DNA of 64,000 nt from Azolla caroliniana (lineage: Eukaryota; Plantae; Polypodiophyta). The translations under genes were made by a program, and so were the position numbers. Positions within the stretch are counted from its first letter, which is position 1; the number at the start of each line of letters is the position of its first letter. Shown in pieces: positions 1 through 15,000 of the stretch. The stretch lies in contig JBHGNT010000013.1 of NCBI GenBank assembly GCA_043228905.1, positions 19,592,001 to 19,656,000 on the forward strand. The letters are read 5' to 3'. Under the pieces are notes generated by a model. That model was not told the DNA's origin, did not search any database, and saw nothing but the letters and a program-made list of their open reading frames with translations.

Positions 1-3000
1 TTGGATTGATGACCATATCTATGCATACATTGCGGTTTGCATCTTACTGGAAACCTATCTAACATCTCTTCAAACATACAATCTTTATTCACACTTCTTA
101 ATTCCTTCTTTTTTCTCTCTTCCTTGACCTTCCTTCCATAGGTAGGGTCCCCATTCCTTGGGTCAGCGGAAGCTCTGAAGGGAACGATGTCCGGACTGAC
201 TTTTGGTCTACCAATGGCAGAGGTCAGTCAAGCATCCATTCACAATCTAATTACACTGTTAGAAACACAATTGATTCTAAGAGAATTTTGATCCCCCATG
301 TTAATGAGAGATTTTCGCTGGAACCCACAGGGCACTGCCCGTCGGATGTGCAATTCATTCGGAGCTTCATTGTGGATGTTACCTCTATCGGAACACTCCT
401 ATTCCGAAAACCTCGGAAAACCTAACTGCCGAAAAGACAACCGTGATCTGACACACCATTTCGCATGGCCCGTAGATGTTGCAGAAATCCACATTCCCGA
501 AGAGCATGGTAAATTTCAGAAAACCGAAGACACTTCGGGAATAAAGCCATCATGACCATTCATTCTAGATACATGTTTTATTTACCAAGCAATAACCTTG
601 TGATTTAGTTGTAGAAACCGATTGCTCAACTAGTTCAGCAAATCATAACAATATCATAAACGGAATGGACATGTGTTATGCAAGCACATACACAAAACGG
701 GGCTTCTCGGCAGCGGATGTTGCAGATGGCACTCTTTTCAAAGAAATGAGAAAATTCGATGCAGACGGAGAAGCAGTCCTTCATCAATTGAAGAAGTAAG
801 TCATCATCATCATCATGTACCCTCTTGAGCATATGCAAGGATCTTAATTGAAGAAGTAAGTCATCATCATCATCATGTACCCTCTTGAGCATATGCAAGG
901 ATCTTAATTGAAGAAGTAAGTCATCATCATCATGTACCTCTTGAGCATATGCAAGGATCTTAATTGAAGAAGTAAGTCATCATCATCATGTACCCTCTTG
1001 AGCATATGCAAGGATCTTTTGTGTTTTTTAGCCCCTTCTTCTTCTACATGACCACAATATAGGTCCATTTTGACTCCAGCAGACCCATTTGAGTAGGGCC
1101 TTTTAAAGTCGGTTTCTTCCTTACACAAGGTGAAGAGCTTCACTGCCTTACTTTCCCATGCTCCCTGTGAACTTTGGGAATGGGAGAATTGAGGTGGCCC
1201 ATTTGACAGATGCAGATCGGGACCTTCTGCGCCTCTTGCAAGAGAAAGAACCATACAAATAGATGTCTGTATGCCCAAGCAAGTTGGGCAAACAACCTAT
1301 TGTAGTAGTAGTACTCCACCATGGCTTCTTGGAGTGTGGCTCATGTCCTATGGCTAGGAATTCGCCAACGGCTCGGCTCAAGCCTAAACCGAACCTCAGT
1401 GGTTCCGCGGTTCGGTTTAGGCTTGAGCTTCGTTAACCGGTTCGAGCTCGGTTTGGGATTCGCTCAAATCAGTAACCAAGCCGTGTAAGGCTTACTCGGC
1501 TTGGCTAAACCGGTTTAGGAACCGGTTTGGAAACCTTGAAACATGTTTAGGCTTAACCGGTTTGGTCTCGTCCGCCGAACATTGAACCATTGTCGATTCC
1601 TACCTATGGCCTTAGTTTGTAAAAACGATTCGGCACAAATCTGTACACCGAAGGACCAGATGCCCCAACTTCACGTCTTGATCCAAAATGAGTCCTCGAT
1701 GTATCCATTGTTACCCGATCTTCATGTGCTTTAATATGTAGTTGTGTGGGGAGGGTTGAGAATTGTTTTTGAGTACATCACAATGTGGAAATGGCCCAAA
1801 TGCCCGTACGTACTTTGACTTTCTGGGTTGCGCCATGGTGTGACATTGCAAGAACTCAACTTTCTCTTTGACCTTGCAATCATCTTGTTTTGTCTAGTTG
1901 ATGTGGAAGAACATTGTATTTGTTTGCAATAACCATGCAACTTTGATTGTCACAAGCTATTTGCGCCGATTTTGGCTCTTTCAACTTAGAACTCCAACAT
2001 AACATGATGCATTCATTGTACCTTGCTTATTGCTGAGGACATTGAAAAATTCAAAAACTTCTAGATGATCCATGAAATTTTTTCAGAACCTAGGGCAAAA
2101 GTAAAGTCATGAATTAGCTGAGGATAAAGAGACACTCGGTCCCTTCAACTCCTTGTTGCTAATGTAGTAAATGTAAGAGACCTAAAAAGAAGAAGAATGC
2201 AAGCGGTATAACTGGTACTCTATTAGATATTGGAGTTGGTACCTTTTCTGCTTGAAATCAATCACTACTTTGACTTTGCATCATCCCCATTTGGGAGCTC
2301 CGCAAGGGGAGTCATGTAGGTAATGGACTCATGTCAATGCAGCAAAAGCATAGTTTTGAACACATCTTGGATTTGAAAGTGGGTGGTTATTTACATCAAT
2401 CATTGTTTTAAATACATCTCCTCTCTCTTTGAGGTCCATCTTCACCTCAATCAAGGAGAATCTCCCTCAATCCCTACAAACTTCAAATATGAGGTACTAT
2501 TGTGTGTTCATTTTGGAAAGAACAATTCACCACAACATCATAATAATGTGACTATTTTTGCATATTTTAAACTAGAAGTAGATTTGATCATTTTGAATAC
2601 TTCCATACTTAAATCAGACGCGTGAGCTAAAGGAAGTGATATAAACAAGGTAAAGTAGAATTGAGACACTCATTGATAAAATACTAAACATTTTTCATAG
2701 AACTTTGCAATAGTGTCAAGCATGGGTCAAATGACATCCAAGGTTGTTGATGAGGTATTGGAAAATCCTTGTGATAGTTCACATTCATTGTCCATTGAAA
2801 CAATTGCAACCATATGTATGTATTTACAAGAAACAATGATAAAATTGCAAAATGAAGTACATGCTCATAATGAAGAGAAATGATACTTCAACACGGTGTG
2901 TTCACAAGCAATGGAGTTTAAATATTTGACAGAGGAATCACTTGCCTTCCATCTATAATCAGAGTTACGTACCTTCCACTGTTGTTCAATCTTAGATGAG

Positions 3001-6000
3001 GATAAAAAAAAGAAACATATACCATTGATACCTTGCTACAGGTTTTATCTTGAGGACCCAATTGTGAATGCTCTCACTCCGTGGAGTAGGCCACCCATCA
3101 AAAACATATTTTGTGCCTATGGAGTCAATCTAAAGACCGAGGTTTTTACATTTTGCTTTCTTATCCTTGTTCTTTCATTTTTGTTTATGATTTTGATTTT
3201 GATTTAAAAATGTTGTTGGTATTCCTTAGGTTGGTTATCATTTTGCTGCTTCTAGAAAACCGTATCCTGACAATTGGATTATTGTAGATACTATTTATGA
3301 GGTAGATGGTGGAACTTTACAATCAAGGTAACATTGTATTTGTTTTGGGGGCATTTTTTTGCTAGTTCTATGTATGAGGTAGATACTTTGTTAATGTCCA
3401 TGGGAGATTGATTACAATCCATGGGATGGGGGTGTAGCCTATGGTGAGGATCCAACTTGGATGCTGTCAACTTTATGACCTTTAGATATAGAAAGAGAGG
3501 AGAGAGAGATTTGTTAGAAGTCAAATACGACTTGTGAGACCAAAATGCTAACATTTTCACGTAATACACATGAAAGTGAGAAGCAACTCTAGATGTTTAA
3601 GAACTTTTCCAATGAGTGTCTGAATTGAGTGTGCACATTGTGATTGTGAAAGAAATTTATGCATGGATCGAGTTTGGTCAAAGATGTGGGTGGAAAGCAT
3701 GGTCGATTGTGATAAAAGATAGAGTAGAACATTGTACCAAGGTGTGATACTTAGACTATCAAACTTGTTTAGGGCAAAGTGTGGATAGGCAACAACTCTC
3801 ATCACTTGTGCCCCAACGCCTTGTCTCACAATATTAGAGCCCATCCCTTTGTCTGCCATTCAAACCATTGCTTCCATGCATTGCCATGATGTGCACAAAT
3901 GGTTTCCTTGTTCTGCGAATAATATGGTTTTGTAATTAAGTGCAACATGTGTAGTATAATGTGTTAAGCATGAGCCTCCACATTTGTCCCATGTTACGAT
4001 ACATTGGTGGTGTTGTGGAAAAGAAGTCCCTCAGGATGGGAGGAGAGCTTATTCGGCTAAGAGCCAACTGCGTGCTGGCTACTTCGGTAGTGAGCCGTGC
4101 AAGTGAGAGAGTTGGTTGAGGGTTGATCTGTCTAAAGGTTGAAGCCGATTTGGGGCTATACTTGTAAATACGTATATATATATATATCTTATGTATATAT
4201 ATAGAGCTAAGACAACAATAGTCGCAAGTGTAGTATCAATATGAGTGTGTAGTACCTTAGAGAGAGCATAGTGAATTGTAGAGAGAAGAGAAGAACAACT
4301 GTGTGTTGTGCAGGTCAAGCTTACGCACTGACCCTTAAAACTGATCTCATCAAGATCAATGACTCTATGGAGACCAGTTTCCGTTGCTCTTTGTTCTCTG
4401 TGTGTAGCCATCTGTTGAGACGAAGACCGACTCAAGGTAATGGCTTTGAGTTGTTGCATATACTGATAGTGATTTTGTTTGGAGTCAGTGGGCTCCCATG
4501 GGTTTTTCCCATTTAGGGTTTCCATGTTAAACCGTTGTGTCGCTGTCTTTGGTATTTATGTTTGTCGTTTTTGCTTTCATTCTCGCTTGCCAACCAGTTG
4601 TGGTTGGCTCCATATTCACAATAGGTGTTGCAAAAATGCCTCATTTACAGAAGAATCTTGTCATACATCCCATCCACTGAACATTTTTCCATGTCTTGCA
4701 TCCAACCAGAACACGAAATTTTGCTTTTATGCGTCTTTTGGATCTTTTTGCTTGATTCCCATACGTTTCTAGAAAGTTGATGTGAGGGGCTTTTTTGAAT
4801 CTTAAACATGTATTCAACACCCTTTCCATGACCATGATCTCAATGGGAAGTGATCTTGTCTCAAGGAGAAGGGTGTATGACATTTGTTTCTAAACTTGTA
4901 GAAAGTTTGTAGAAAAATGTTTTTGGACATTTTCAAACTGTTTCCAAGTAGATTTAGGGATGCCACCCCATACTTCCACCCTATGGTGAAGCACCGGTGT
5001 CACCAAAGTGTCCAAAAGGTATTTCTTGAGGACCCAACACTTAATATATCCATGATTGCATGTGTTCTCAAATGCATAATATGCTCTCTTTCGTGCCTCT
5101 AAGCGGTGCGTAGCACATTCATTCTATCTAGGATTTGACGGAACTTCAAGGCCATGATATTTGAAGCTTTCCACACATTCAAGTGGTTTATTATTGTACG
5201 TAATGCATGACTTATCTTGTTTTTGGCTCATCACAAGCATGATCTTTGTTTTAGAGTTGTGGACACTTAATTTAGTATGCATGCAAATTTTTTCCAATGC
5301 TTTCATAAGCTTTAAATGTGCATCTCCTAAAGTATTTGCAAAAAGCACTACTTCATCCACATATAACAAAAGCACGATGACTATATTCCCAATGACAACT
5401 TCTTCAACACCTTCTTCCTTCACAAACGTGGCAACCACTTCTTCCAATTCATCAATGCATAGACCAAATATATATAGAGAGAGAAACACAATGTAGGCAC
5501 ACATAATAACTGCCACTAAATTCAAAATTAAACTTTACAAGTATATGTATCTACAATCAATGATATTAAAAAACTAGCCACACACACTACAAATTAACGA
5601 TATAAACGAGGCCTTGGTGTGAGACACTTTGAGGCGACGCAAAAAGACCATGAGGTTGATTCTTGATACTTGTCTTTGATATGATTCCCCAACATTTTGG
5701 ATATGGAATATTTTGATATTGTTTAGAAGTACGCCCAATGAAAACCAATAGTTAACCAACCCAACATCTTAATCTTGATCTATGTTACGAATCAATGGTT
5801 CAATATTGCTTTAAGTAATGTTTTTTAGGCAATGAGGATCGAATAAAATGAATCAATATTGCAACTGCGCATAACATATCCTTGAGCCTTTATGGGCCAA
5901 AGTCGCTTTATTTTGGAATGAGGTGTTATGTTATTGCATCAAATTCTATTTTCAACATTTGAATCTTAAAACAAACTCAACTTAATTATTAATAATGTTT

Positions 6001-9000
6001 ATTTGGATATGTTATTTTATCAGATCTGGTGCACCTATAGATGGAAACCCAAACCCTGCTAGTGGAGATGGAACTGTATGCATATATCTTAGTAAACAAA
6101 ATGAGAATATATCTTAGTTTAACGTCTCATAATTGCCTTTATTTCTATAGTTACCATACAATTCCTTGTCTTTTTGTAAAACATGGCTTGGAAGCAAAGT
6201 AAATATAACTAGAGTTCCTCAGGTTAGTCCCTTCATTTTGTCGAATAGGATGAATGCATTTTGCTTCAACCTTTTGTTTTCCACACGTATGAAATCTCCT
6301 TATCTATGGTACATTTTGTTCTTTGTCTTTTCAGACAACTCATGATGGAAGTGATGTACAAGAAATCCTTAATGTTGAGCACTTGCATGGTCATGATATC
6401 ACTTCGAATATGTCCCGTGATAATCGAGTAAATTACATAACCTTCTATGAAGATGAAACTAGCCTTCCTGGGAAGAAAACGGCAGTTTGGGAGTTTGATA
6501 AAAGTTAGTAGATCTAATTTTCCCATGATCAATATTTGTTCATGTAGTAATGAGATTGTGTTGATTGGAAGCAATGTTTTATATTTGCAGTCAACCATCG
6601 AAATATGGTTCGTTCACCCCATCTAATGAGAGAATTGTGGCTAGAGTTCATGCACAGCCACCATCCGAAAGCACAACGTACATTTATGCCTAAAGGTACA
6701 TGCAATATTTATCTTTTGAACATAAATAGTTGTGATTATTCATGAAGTTGTATGATATATACACACACATATTCTAGAATGGAGGGTTGCATTGCAACAA
6801 GTTTTCTTAGATAACATGCTATGTTTTGTAAATAAGTCAAACTAAGCTATAGGGCCAACTGGCTAAACTAGCACGAACCACCTAGACCTATGCACGTAAG
6901 TACGTGGATTAGGACTTGTGAAGGTGGCTCTTGTTGGTCTCATTGTTATCCTAGAAGAGCCTTTGTCGAAATCGTCTTTGTGCATGAGTGTGATACTATG
7001 TGAAAGCTTTATCACCATTCTCTCTTTCTACGTACTCTCCCACTCTCATTTTAATTTATGTGTGATTTTGTGTCTTGCTCCTTGTTTGGTTTTTGAATTG
7101 GGCAAAAACCACTAATTAATCTCCTATAGTTGTATAATCCTACTACGTATGATGGCTTTCTTGAAACTACTAAAAGTCCAACGCATTGATAGTAGATTTA
7201 GGAATGTATAAGAAAGATTTGAGAAGTCTTGTGATACTCCCAAGGAGAAGGACAAACAACAAAGAAGAGAAGTGACAATGTAGTAAGTTGTCATGCAGAA
7301 AACAAATTAATTAATTAGCAAAAAGAGCACCAAAAATCTAGCATTATGGGGCTTAAACTCCTCAATTTAACCCCTTGTATGTATCTCATAATGATGCCCT
7401 CATACCAATTTTTTTCTCTTAATTTCTATACTTTAATATATGATTGTTTGCCTTAAGAGTTTAAGAAGAGCACATTAATAGATTCAAGAAATGATCTAAT
7501 CATACTTGATAACGGTGCCAAATTAGATGTGTTGCTTCTAGATATTCATGGTACAATGAGTATTGTTCCTCAAGTGGTTATTGATAATTACACTCAACAT
7601 TTCACTAATTTTGGAAAATATATTTTAAATAATGAGATGAGACAATTAAGGTCAATATTATTTGAAGGTTGTGAAACAAGCCAATATTACCTTTGAGGAC
7701 AATATAAATGAAGAGGCGGAGTGAGTTTTATCCCATTTTTCTAGTGATAAAAGACCATCTAGGGATGGAATTACAAATAAGTTTAAGGCTTTTGTTGAGC
7801 AAGTGATTTAAGGCTCTCTTATGATATTTTTTTCAAGAAATGTGGAATTTTGGTAAGATTCCTGTTTCGAGCAAGCTTATGATCATGCAAGTTGGGTTTT
7901 TTATTGCCCAACTTAGGTATCTGATGAGCTTTGATGCAAGAATGTCCCACCTCACTTTCATGTTAGGTGTGGGTTCAGTGTCACATATCCTCATGGCTAA
8001 TTACATCACGATAAATCCCAAGTTTGAGTTCAATTGTATGGAAAATCTTGACATGATAATTATCCAAAATGTTGTTTTAGAGTCACGTTGACACATCATG
8101 GTCTTTAGGATTGTGCACACCATGTTTCATATATCTCATGGGTATGACTATATTTGGTGATTAGTAGTTGTAATGCCTATGCTTATGGTCCTTGTTCTAG
8201 AATTTGTGGTAGAGGGATTGTGGAATAATTGATTATTTGATTATAAAAAATCAAAATTACTTTTGGAGATAAATTATGTATATCATAAGTTGATTGAAAA
8301 TAGGACGTGGTTAGTGATGAAGGTTTCACATCCTTGCCATATTGCCCATTGTATGGAATGGTGACATTGAGTTGTTGATGTAGGATAGCATTCTCGTTTT
8401 CCATTCCATGTGAAAGTGTTTATTTGGTAGGCAATGGAAACCTCTTTGATATTTTTATTGGAGAAATAGAGATAAGAATGGAATCACATGGGTTGCATGG
8501 AACAATCTAATCTGTAGTCGATTGGGAGAGTTGCAATATTGAACTTATCTATGCCTATGATGGCTCATAGATTTAAATTCATTATTGTAAGACATGGTTT
8601 TCACACTCATGGTTGAATATGGGTTTCTAATTGACGTATTCACACTATCCTATTTGGACATACTAGGTTTTAGGCCATTTATGTAAATAGTGGAAAGGAC
8701 AGTTGCCCTAAGTCAGTTGGTATTTAAACTAACTTTTGTAACCTAGTTCGTTGATTTTATTTTCTGTTGTTCATTTTGTATATTGTGGTGTTGTAACTCT
8801 GAGAATATATAGTTACATTGCCTTGTGCCTACCTTGGTGTCTCTCTTCTTCTTGTCTTCTCTCTGATTAAGTTGCTTTCACTCTTACAATTTGTTACTGG
8901 TTGCTACCTACTTGAGATCTTCATAGGAAGAGCTCCGATTCTTGTTCCGCACTAGACGACTAAACTCGACTAGGCGACATTCGAGAAAAACCAGTTGATT

Positions 9001-12000
9001 CCGTCCCTCCAATCGTCGTAGCCATTCCGCGCAAGTTTAGTACCCAACTGTCATCTGAAATCCAATCGGCCAACCAATTGGCACTTTTGTGTCCAATTTG
9101 GGTAAGTTGATCGACTGTAGCCACTTTAGCCAGAACCCACCAATAGTCGAAGTCTATTCAACTCGCGTCCAAATCTGACTAGAACGATATTGGGTGAGCC
9201 AGTCGGTTGCACCCCATCACTGTTTGTAGTCGACCATAGATAGAACCTAGTCAGTTGACACAAAATGGCATCAACATCCGACTCATTCGAGATGAATCTA
9301 AGGAAGTTCGGCGGGTCAAACTTCAACTTCTGGAAGGAACAAATGTAGGACTACTTGATTGCCAAAGGTCGGATAGATCCGATCGAATTCGAAAACCCTC
9401 TAGAAGGATACAAGCCAAATGAGTGGACAAAGTTAGATTGAATTGTCCATGCCACCATTCAAATGCACTTGTCGGAGTCAGTGTACTTCACAGTGCAATT
9501 GTGTTCGACTACCTTCCAACTATGGAAGACAACTCTCAGACACCTATGAAAAGAAGGTCGCCGCCACAAAGATATATTTGATTCGGCACCTCTACAACCT
9601 TTGGATGAAAGAATCCAACTCAGTCCAAGCACACCTCTATGAGTACGAAAGTCTAAGTTCCCAAAGTTTAGCTCAGGGGACGACGATCAAAGACGAAATA
9701 AAGGCAATGCTGCTAATGAGTAGTCTCCCTCCTTTGTGGGAAACTTTCATCACAATAGTGTGCAATGCGTTGATTGCCGCCATGAAGTACTTTGAAGTAA
9801 CGAGCTCAATCCTGACGGAAGCTGCTCGGAGGAAATCGTTTGCAAACAATTCGCCCAATGACGCCTATGTAGTACAAGGTTTGGCCGACCGACTGAACAG
9901 TCGAGGAAGAAGTTCTTCCTGACCGCCGAACAATGCTTGAAGCTGGAGCAAGTCCCAGGATAATCAAATTTGCAATTATTGAAAGAAACCCGGACATATC
10001 AAGGCCGACTACTGCGCACTCAAAGTCGGGAATGATAAATCTCATCGAGCTTATCAGAAGAGTGTCCGACATGAGGAGGTTAACTACATCAGCTCTTCAG
10101 TCGAAGTATTGATGGATGATCCCAATATCTTGTTCATAGAACACTTAGTAGAATCAGAAGTTCTAATTACGACCGAGGAATCGAGCACATGACTCCTGGA
10201 TTTGGGTGCATCCTACCACGTGACCCTTCCTCAATCCAAATTTCGGTAATATTAGGCCTAACACTCCGACACAATTTGAGTCAGTAACTCACAACATTAT
10301 GCCATTATTAGAATCAACATTGTAGAGCTCAACCTTCTAGGAGGCTCTACATTGGTACTACATAATGTTTGACATGTACCTGAGCTCTCACAACTGCTGA
10401 TCTCATTCGGACAACTTGATGAAGACGGCATTTGTGTGGGCTTCTCATAAGGAGGGTGGGCACTCCACAGGGGGAATCTCCTGCTTGCTTGAGGTCCAAA
10501 AGTATATTCATTATACCTGCTATATGTCACACTCAGAGAGGGTGACTTGTTTCTAGTCAACATTCTCGGGTCATCATTGTGGCACGATCGACTCGAACAC
10601 CTCAGCAAAGCCGTCATCACGCACTTACCTAGATCCGGATACATCCCCAAACTCTCCTTCCCAAACCCGCCCGATTTGGTCCATTTGGATGTATGTGGCC
10701 CGATGTACTTCATGGTGGTGCCTTGTACTTCGTTGGCTTCATCAATGACTGGACTCCCAAGGTGTGGGCATATACCCGGCTTGAACCAAAGATCGGGTTT
10801 TCTCGATCTTCTAGGAAAGGCTCGCCATGGTAGAGAACGAGTTTGGTCAAAAGCTGAAATGCCTTCAAATTGACAACGGGGGAGAGTTGAAGTCTGAAGA
10901 ATTCGACGTGAAAACATGACACCTCATAGTCTGGAGCAGAATGGAATTGCCGAACGGATGAATTAGACAATTCAGGAACGCATAGTGTTCATGCTCTAAC
11001 ACTCTAGATTGTCGTATGGCTTCTAGGTAGAGGCCATGCTTATGGCAGTACACACAATCAATATGTCGCCGAGTAGGCCTTTAGGACCTCAAATACCTCA
11101 GGAATTACGGATCGGTAGTAAGCTGAGGATTTCTGGATGTGAGGTATACGCCCTCATAACGAAAGACAATCGCGGAAAGCTTGGACCGAGGTCCATGAAA
11201 TGTATTTTCCTTGGCTATGGACTAGATGGCGAGATTGGATACTGACGTTGGGTCACCCAGAAAACAGATAGATTGTCCGAAGTTCGGATGTTGTCTACAA
11301 TGAGTCGGTTATACATAAGAAGGTCAAAAGTCCTATTGAAGTCGGAAGGATAACTTTTCCGAAGTGCCAGACCTTCATGACAGTCCAACCCATAACAGGA
11401 GGTCAGCTTCACGGGTAGCCGAGCCCTCTAGCACCGACTCGGCTTCGACCGATTTGGCACAACCCAATGTTTCGGCTTCAGGCCATCTGACCCAAACACC
11501 CGATGCGACTAGTCCAATCATATCGAGAAGCTTCGAGAGACTGTTGCAACCCCCGGAGAGATAGTCTCCTAGTGTCTTCCTTACGGACACCGGTGAACCA
11601 ACATTCTATGAAGAAGCATCAGCATAAGCCGATTCGGCCACTTGACATCTGGGGATGGAGTCAGAAATGAACTCCGTTCGAAAAATCAGACTTGGGACCT
11701 GGTCAAATTACCGAAGAATTGACGTGCTCTTCTGTGCAAGTGGGTCTATAGACTAAACGAGACATCTGATTCGACCACCCCAAAATTCAAGGCCAGATTA
11801 CTAGCGAAAGGGTTTCGACAGGAATGTAGCCTCCACTTCGACGAAATCTTTTGACTAGTGGTGAAAATGACAACCCTTCGCTTTATGCTCAACGTCATGG
11901 TAGCTGAGAATTTGGAGTTGATTCAGCTAGATGTAAAAACAACATTCCTCCATGGTGACCTAGAGGAGGAAATTTATATGGAGCAGTTGAATGGCTTTGT

Positions 12001-15000
12001 GGTATCCGACTTGGAACATTTAGGTTGCTGACTCGGGAAGAGTCTATACGGCCTAAAGGAGACACCGCGACAGTGGTATAAGAAGTTCGACGACTTCATC
12101 TAATCAATCGGCTTCTTCATTTAAAGACCAAAACAACATAAGATGGGTCACCCATCTTCCTCATCATATACGTGGACGACATGCTACTCTCCGGCCGACA
12201 TGCCGAAGATCTAGCCAAACTTGTTTGGCAACTACGATTGAAGTTGGCCATGAAGAACCTCGGTTCGGCAAGACACATTCTAGGGGATGAAGATAAGTCA
12301 GATTCGGAATCAAAGATAGTTGTTCATGTCTCAAGCCGACTATATTGGACGTGTCTTGGAACACTTCAACATGCAATCAACCAACTTTGCTTTGACCCCA
12401 CTCCCAATTAGTCTTCAGTTGTCTCAGTGAGACTGCCCAACATCTAGTCTGGAGGAGGAAGATATGAAGTCGGTACTGTATGCATCGATAATCGACTCCT
12501 TCATGTACGTGATGGTCATGACACGGCTTGACATTGCCCACACCGTAGGAATCGTCAACAGATTTATGCACAATCCCGACCGATCGCATTGGAATGCAAT
12601 AAAGCATGTGTTCATATACGTGGTGGGCACAAAAGACTACGACGTCCTATTCAGTCTGAACGATACTTCAGGCGTAGTCGGATATACTGACTTAGACTTT
12701 GCTGGCTGTGTGGACAGTCGAAAGTCAATAACCGGATACTACTTCAAATTCGGCAATGGAGCAATCTCATGGAAGTTGAAACTTCAGGAGTGCACTACTA
12801 CATCAATGACTGAGGCTAAATATGTAGCTGCATCCGATGCAGTGAAAGAGGCCTTATGGTCCGGTCGGTTGGCGCATACGTTTCGACAAGTCGACCTTGA
12901 CTCGACTCCAATTATCTATAGTGATAGTCAGGGTGTTGTCGCTTTGTCAAGAAATCCGGTCCAACACAACGCCTCGAAACACATCGATGTGGCATATCAC
13001 TTTGTTCAGGACTACGTCATTTCAAGAAAAATTGACCTCGAGAAGATATCTACAGTTGATAATGTCACAGATGGGATGACCAAGTGTCTTTTGGCGAATT
13101 GATTCCAATCCCATCGGCACCAAATGGGCATAGCGAAGAACTAGTCCGATCAAGTCTGACATTCAGAATGGTTTCGGACAATCATCATCGACAATTTGAG
13201 GTTCGACTTTAGCTCTTCCAACCCGACTGACTCGGTCTTCTGTTCTCAGATCTTGTCGACTTGAACAAAGCTGATTTGTTCGACAACCTAAGTTATATAA
13301 ATCTGTAAATTTGTTTATTCTCTTACGGATTTTTGTTGTATACGCCCATTACAGGGGAGTGTCGAATATAGGTTTCTAATGGACGTATTCACAATGTCCT
13401 ATTTGTAAATAGTGGAAAGGACAATTGCCCTAAGTTAGTTGGTATTTAAACTGACTCTTGTAACCTAGTTCGTTGTTGTTCATTTTGTATATTGTGGTGT
13501 TGTACCTTTGAGAATATACAAGTACATTGCCTTGTGCCTACCTTGGTGTCTCTCTTCTTCTTGTCTTCTCTCTGGTATTGTCTCTAATTAAGTTGCTTTC
13601 ACTCTTACAATATGTTATTAGTTACTACCTACTTGAGATCTTCATAGGAAGAGTGCTTATTCTTGTTTTGCACCAGATGACTGCTTCCAACACTCACAAC
13701 CATGGATAATTCTTGAATTTGTGAACACTCTATTGCTTGGGGAAGTTGTTAGTCCAAGGAAGACAATGGAGAAGTGGATAGGCAACAAGGAGGAGGGTTA
13801 TTTGATGCCAAGAGGTAGGGAAACACTTGATAGGATCCAAGACCACAAGCTGCGAGACAATGAGGAACAACAACAATGAACACGGAATTTCAAGTACTAG
13901 TGTATACAAGTAGTAAGTGGATTATAGATCTCAATCCGTTCAAAGTACAACCAAAATGGCACATATGTGCTCATGAGAACACATGGCTACATAAGGACAC
14001 CTAACCCTTTGCAATGGACAAAGCACGATCCTTATGCGGACAAAGGAAGCAAAGTCATCCCCTTCTTCCAATTTATGACCAAATTGGGTTGCCGCATCCT
14101 AACTACTCAAACCGACTGCTGCAAAGATATGGTACACATATCATGTTCCCCAAACAACCATTGCCAAGTTTTGGCAGTAATTATGGAAACATCAACAAGC
14201 CTGGCCAAATACCAAGTTTCAATAACTATTCATACATAGGTCACTGTTGGTTGGAGCAGGGCAACATCGGATCCTTAGCTCTCCTAATTGTGTAGCATAC
14301 CATAATGCAATAAAATCGATTTGATATGCTATGTGAGATGGCCCAGAGACCCATCGAATATAGTGGGGGTTTGGTTGGCTGACTATTGCAATTATGCCAA
14401 GTGCAAGGCACATTCAAGTGGGGGAATGTATGTTGGTTATTATGGTAGGCCCCTTGACATATATGAAAATTAGGAGGAGGAGATGATGTTGGTGTTAAAG
14501 GCACAAGAGATCTAGTTTTCCAGCACCGACAATATTCACTCAACTCCCATCAATGCCAAAGCTCAAGCTATGCTGGAATTGGTCAGCCCAATAACATTAT
14601 GGACTCTTTGGAAACAATGATGTAGGGCAATCTTCTCCAATCAAACCATGCACTTGGCGATGTTATTGCTGGAGATATGGAGTGATGTTGTTGCCACGCT
14701 AAAGAGCCAATACGATGGCATCATGGGTGAATCTGATGGAGTCAAAAGATAACAATTAGCCTTCATCCAACAATGGTCTTCCTCTCTTTTTCTTGAGTCA
14801 ATGGGCCTTCACATAAAGTGGAACTATCAAGTCCCTTATGGGATTTGTATATAACTTTCTCAGCTGTAAATTTTTATAACTAATGGAAGGTGTTTTGTTT
14901 TTGGAAAAAAAACCATTGATAACACTTGTCCAATATTTCATTGAGAATGGGGGTATACACATGGGAAGATAAAACATCATGGTGGTAATTACTAAATGGA

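Noticed and set aside
635-1278. Minus-strand ORFs with repeated HMLKRVHDDDD
   Set aside because: They are translations of the intronic tandem repeat antisense to PSAT1.
7500-8610. Possible gypsy RT/RNase H remnant hosting the copia (perhaps continuing at 13700-14800)
   Set aside because: Only faint motif traces (ALNHLLNK, IPRW) on the minus strand, too decayed to call.
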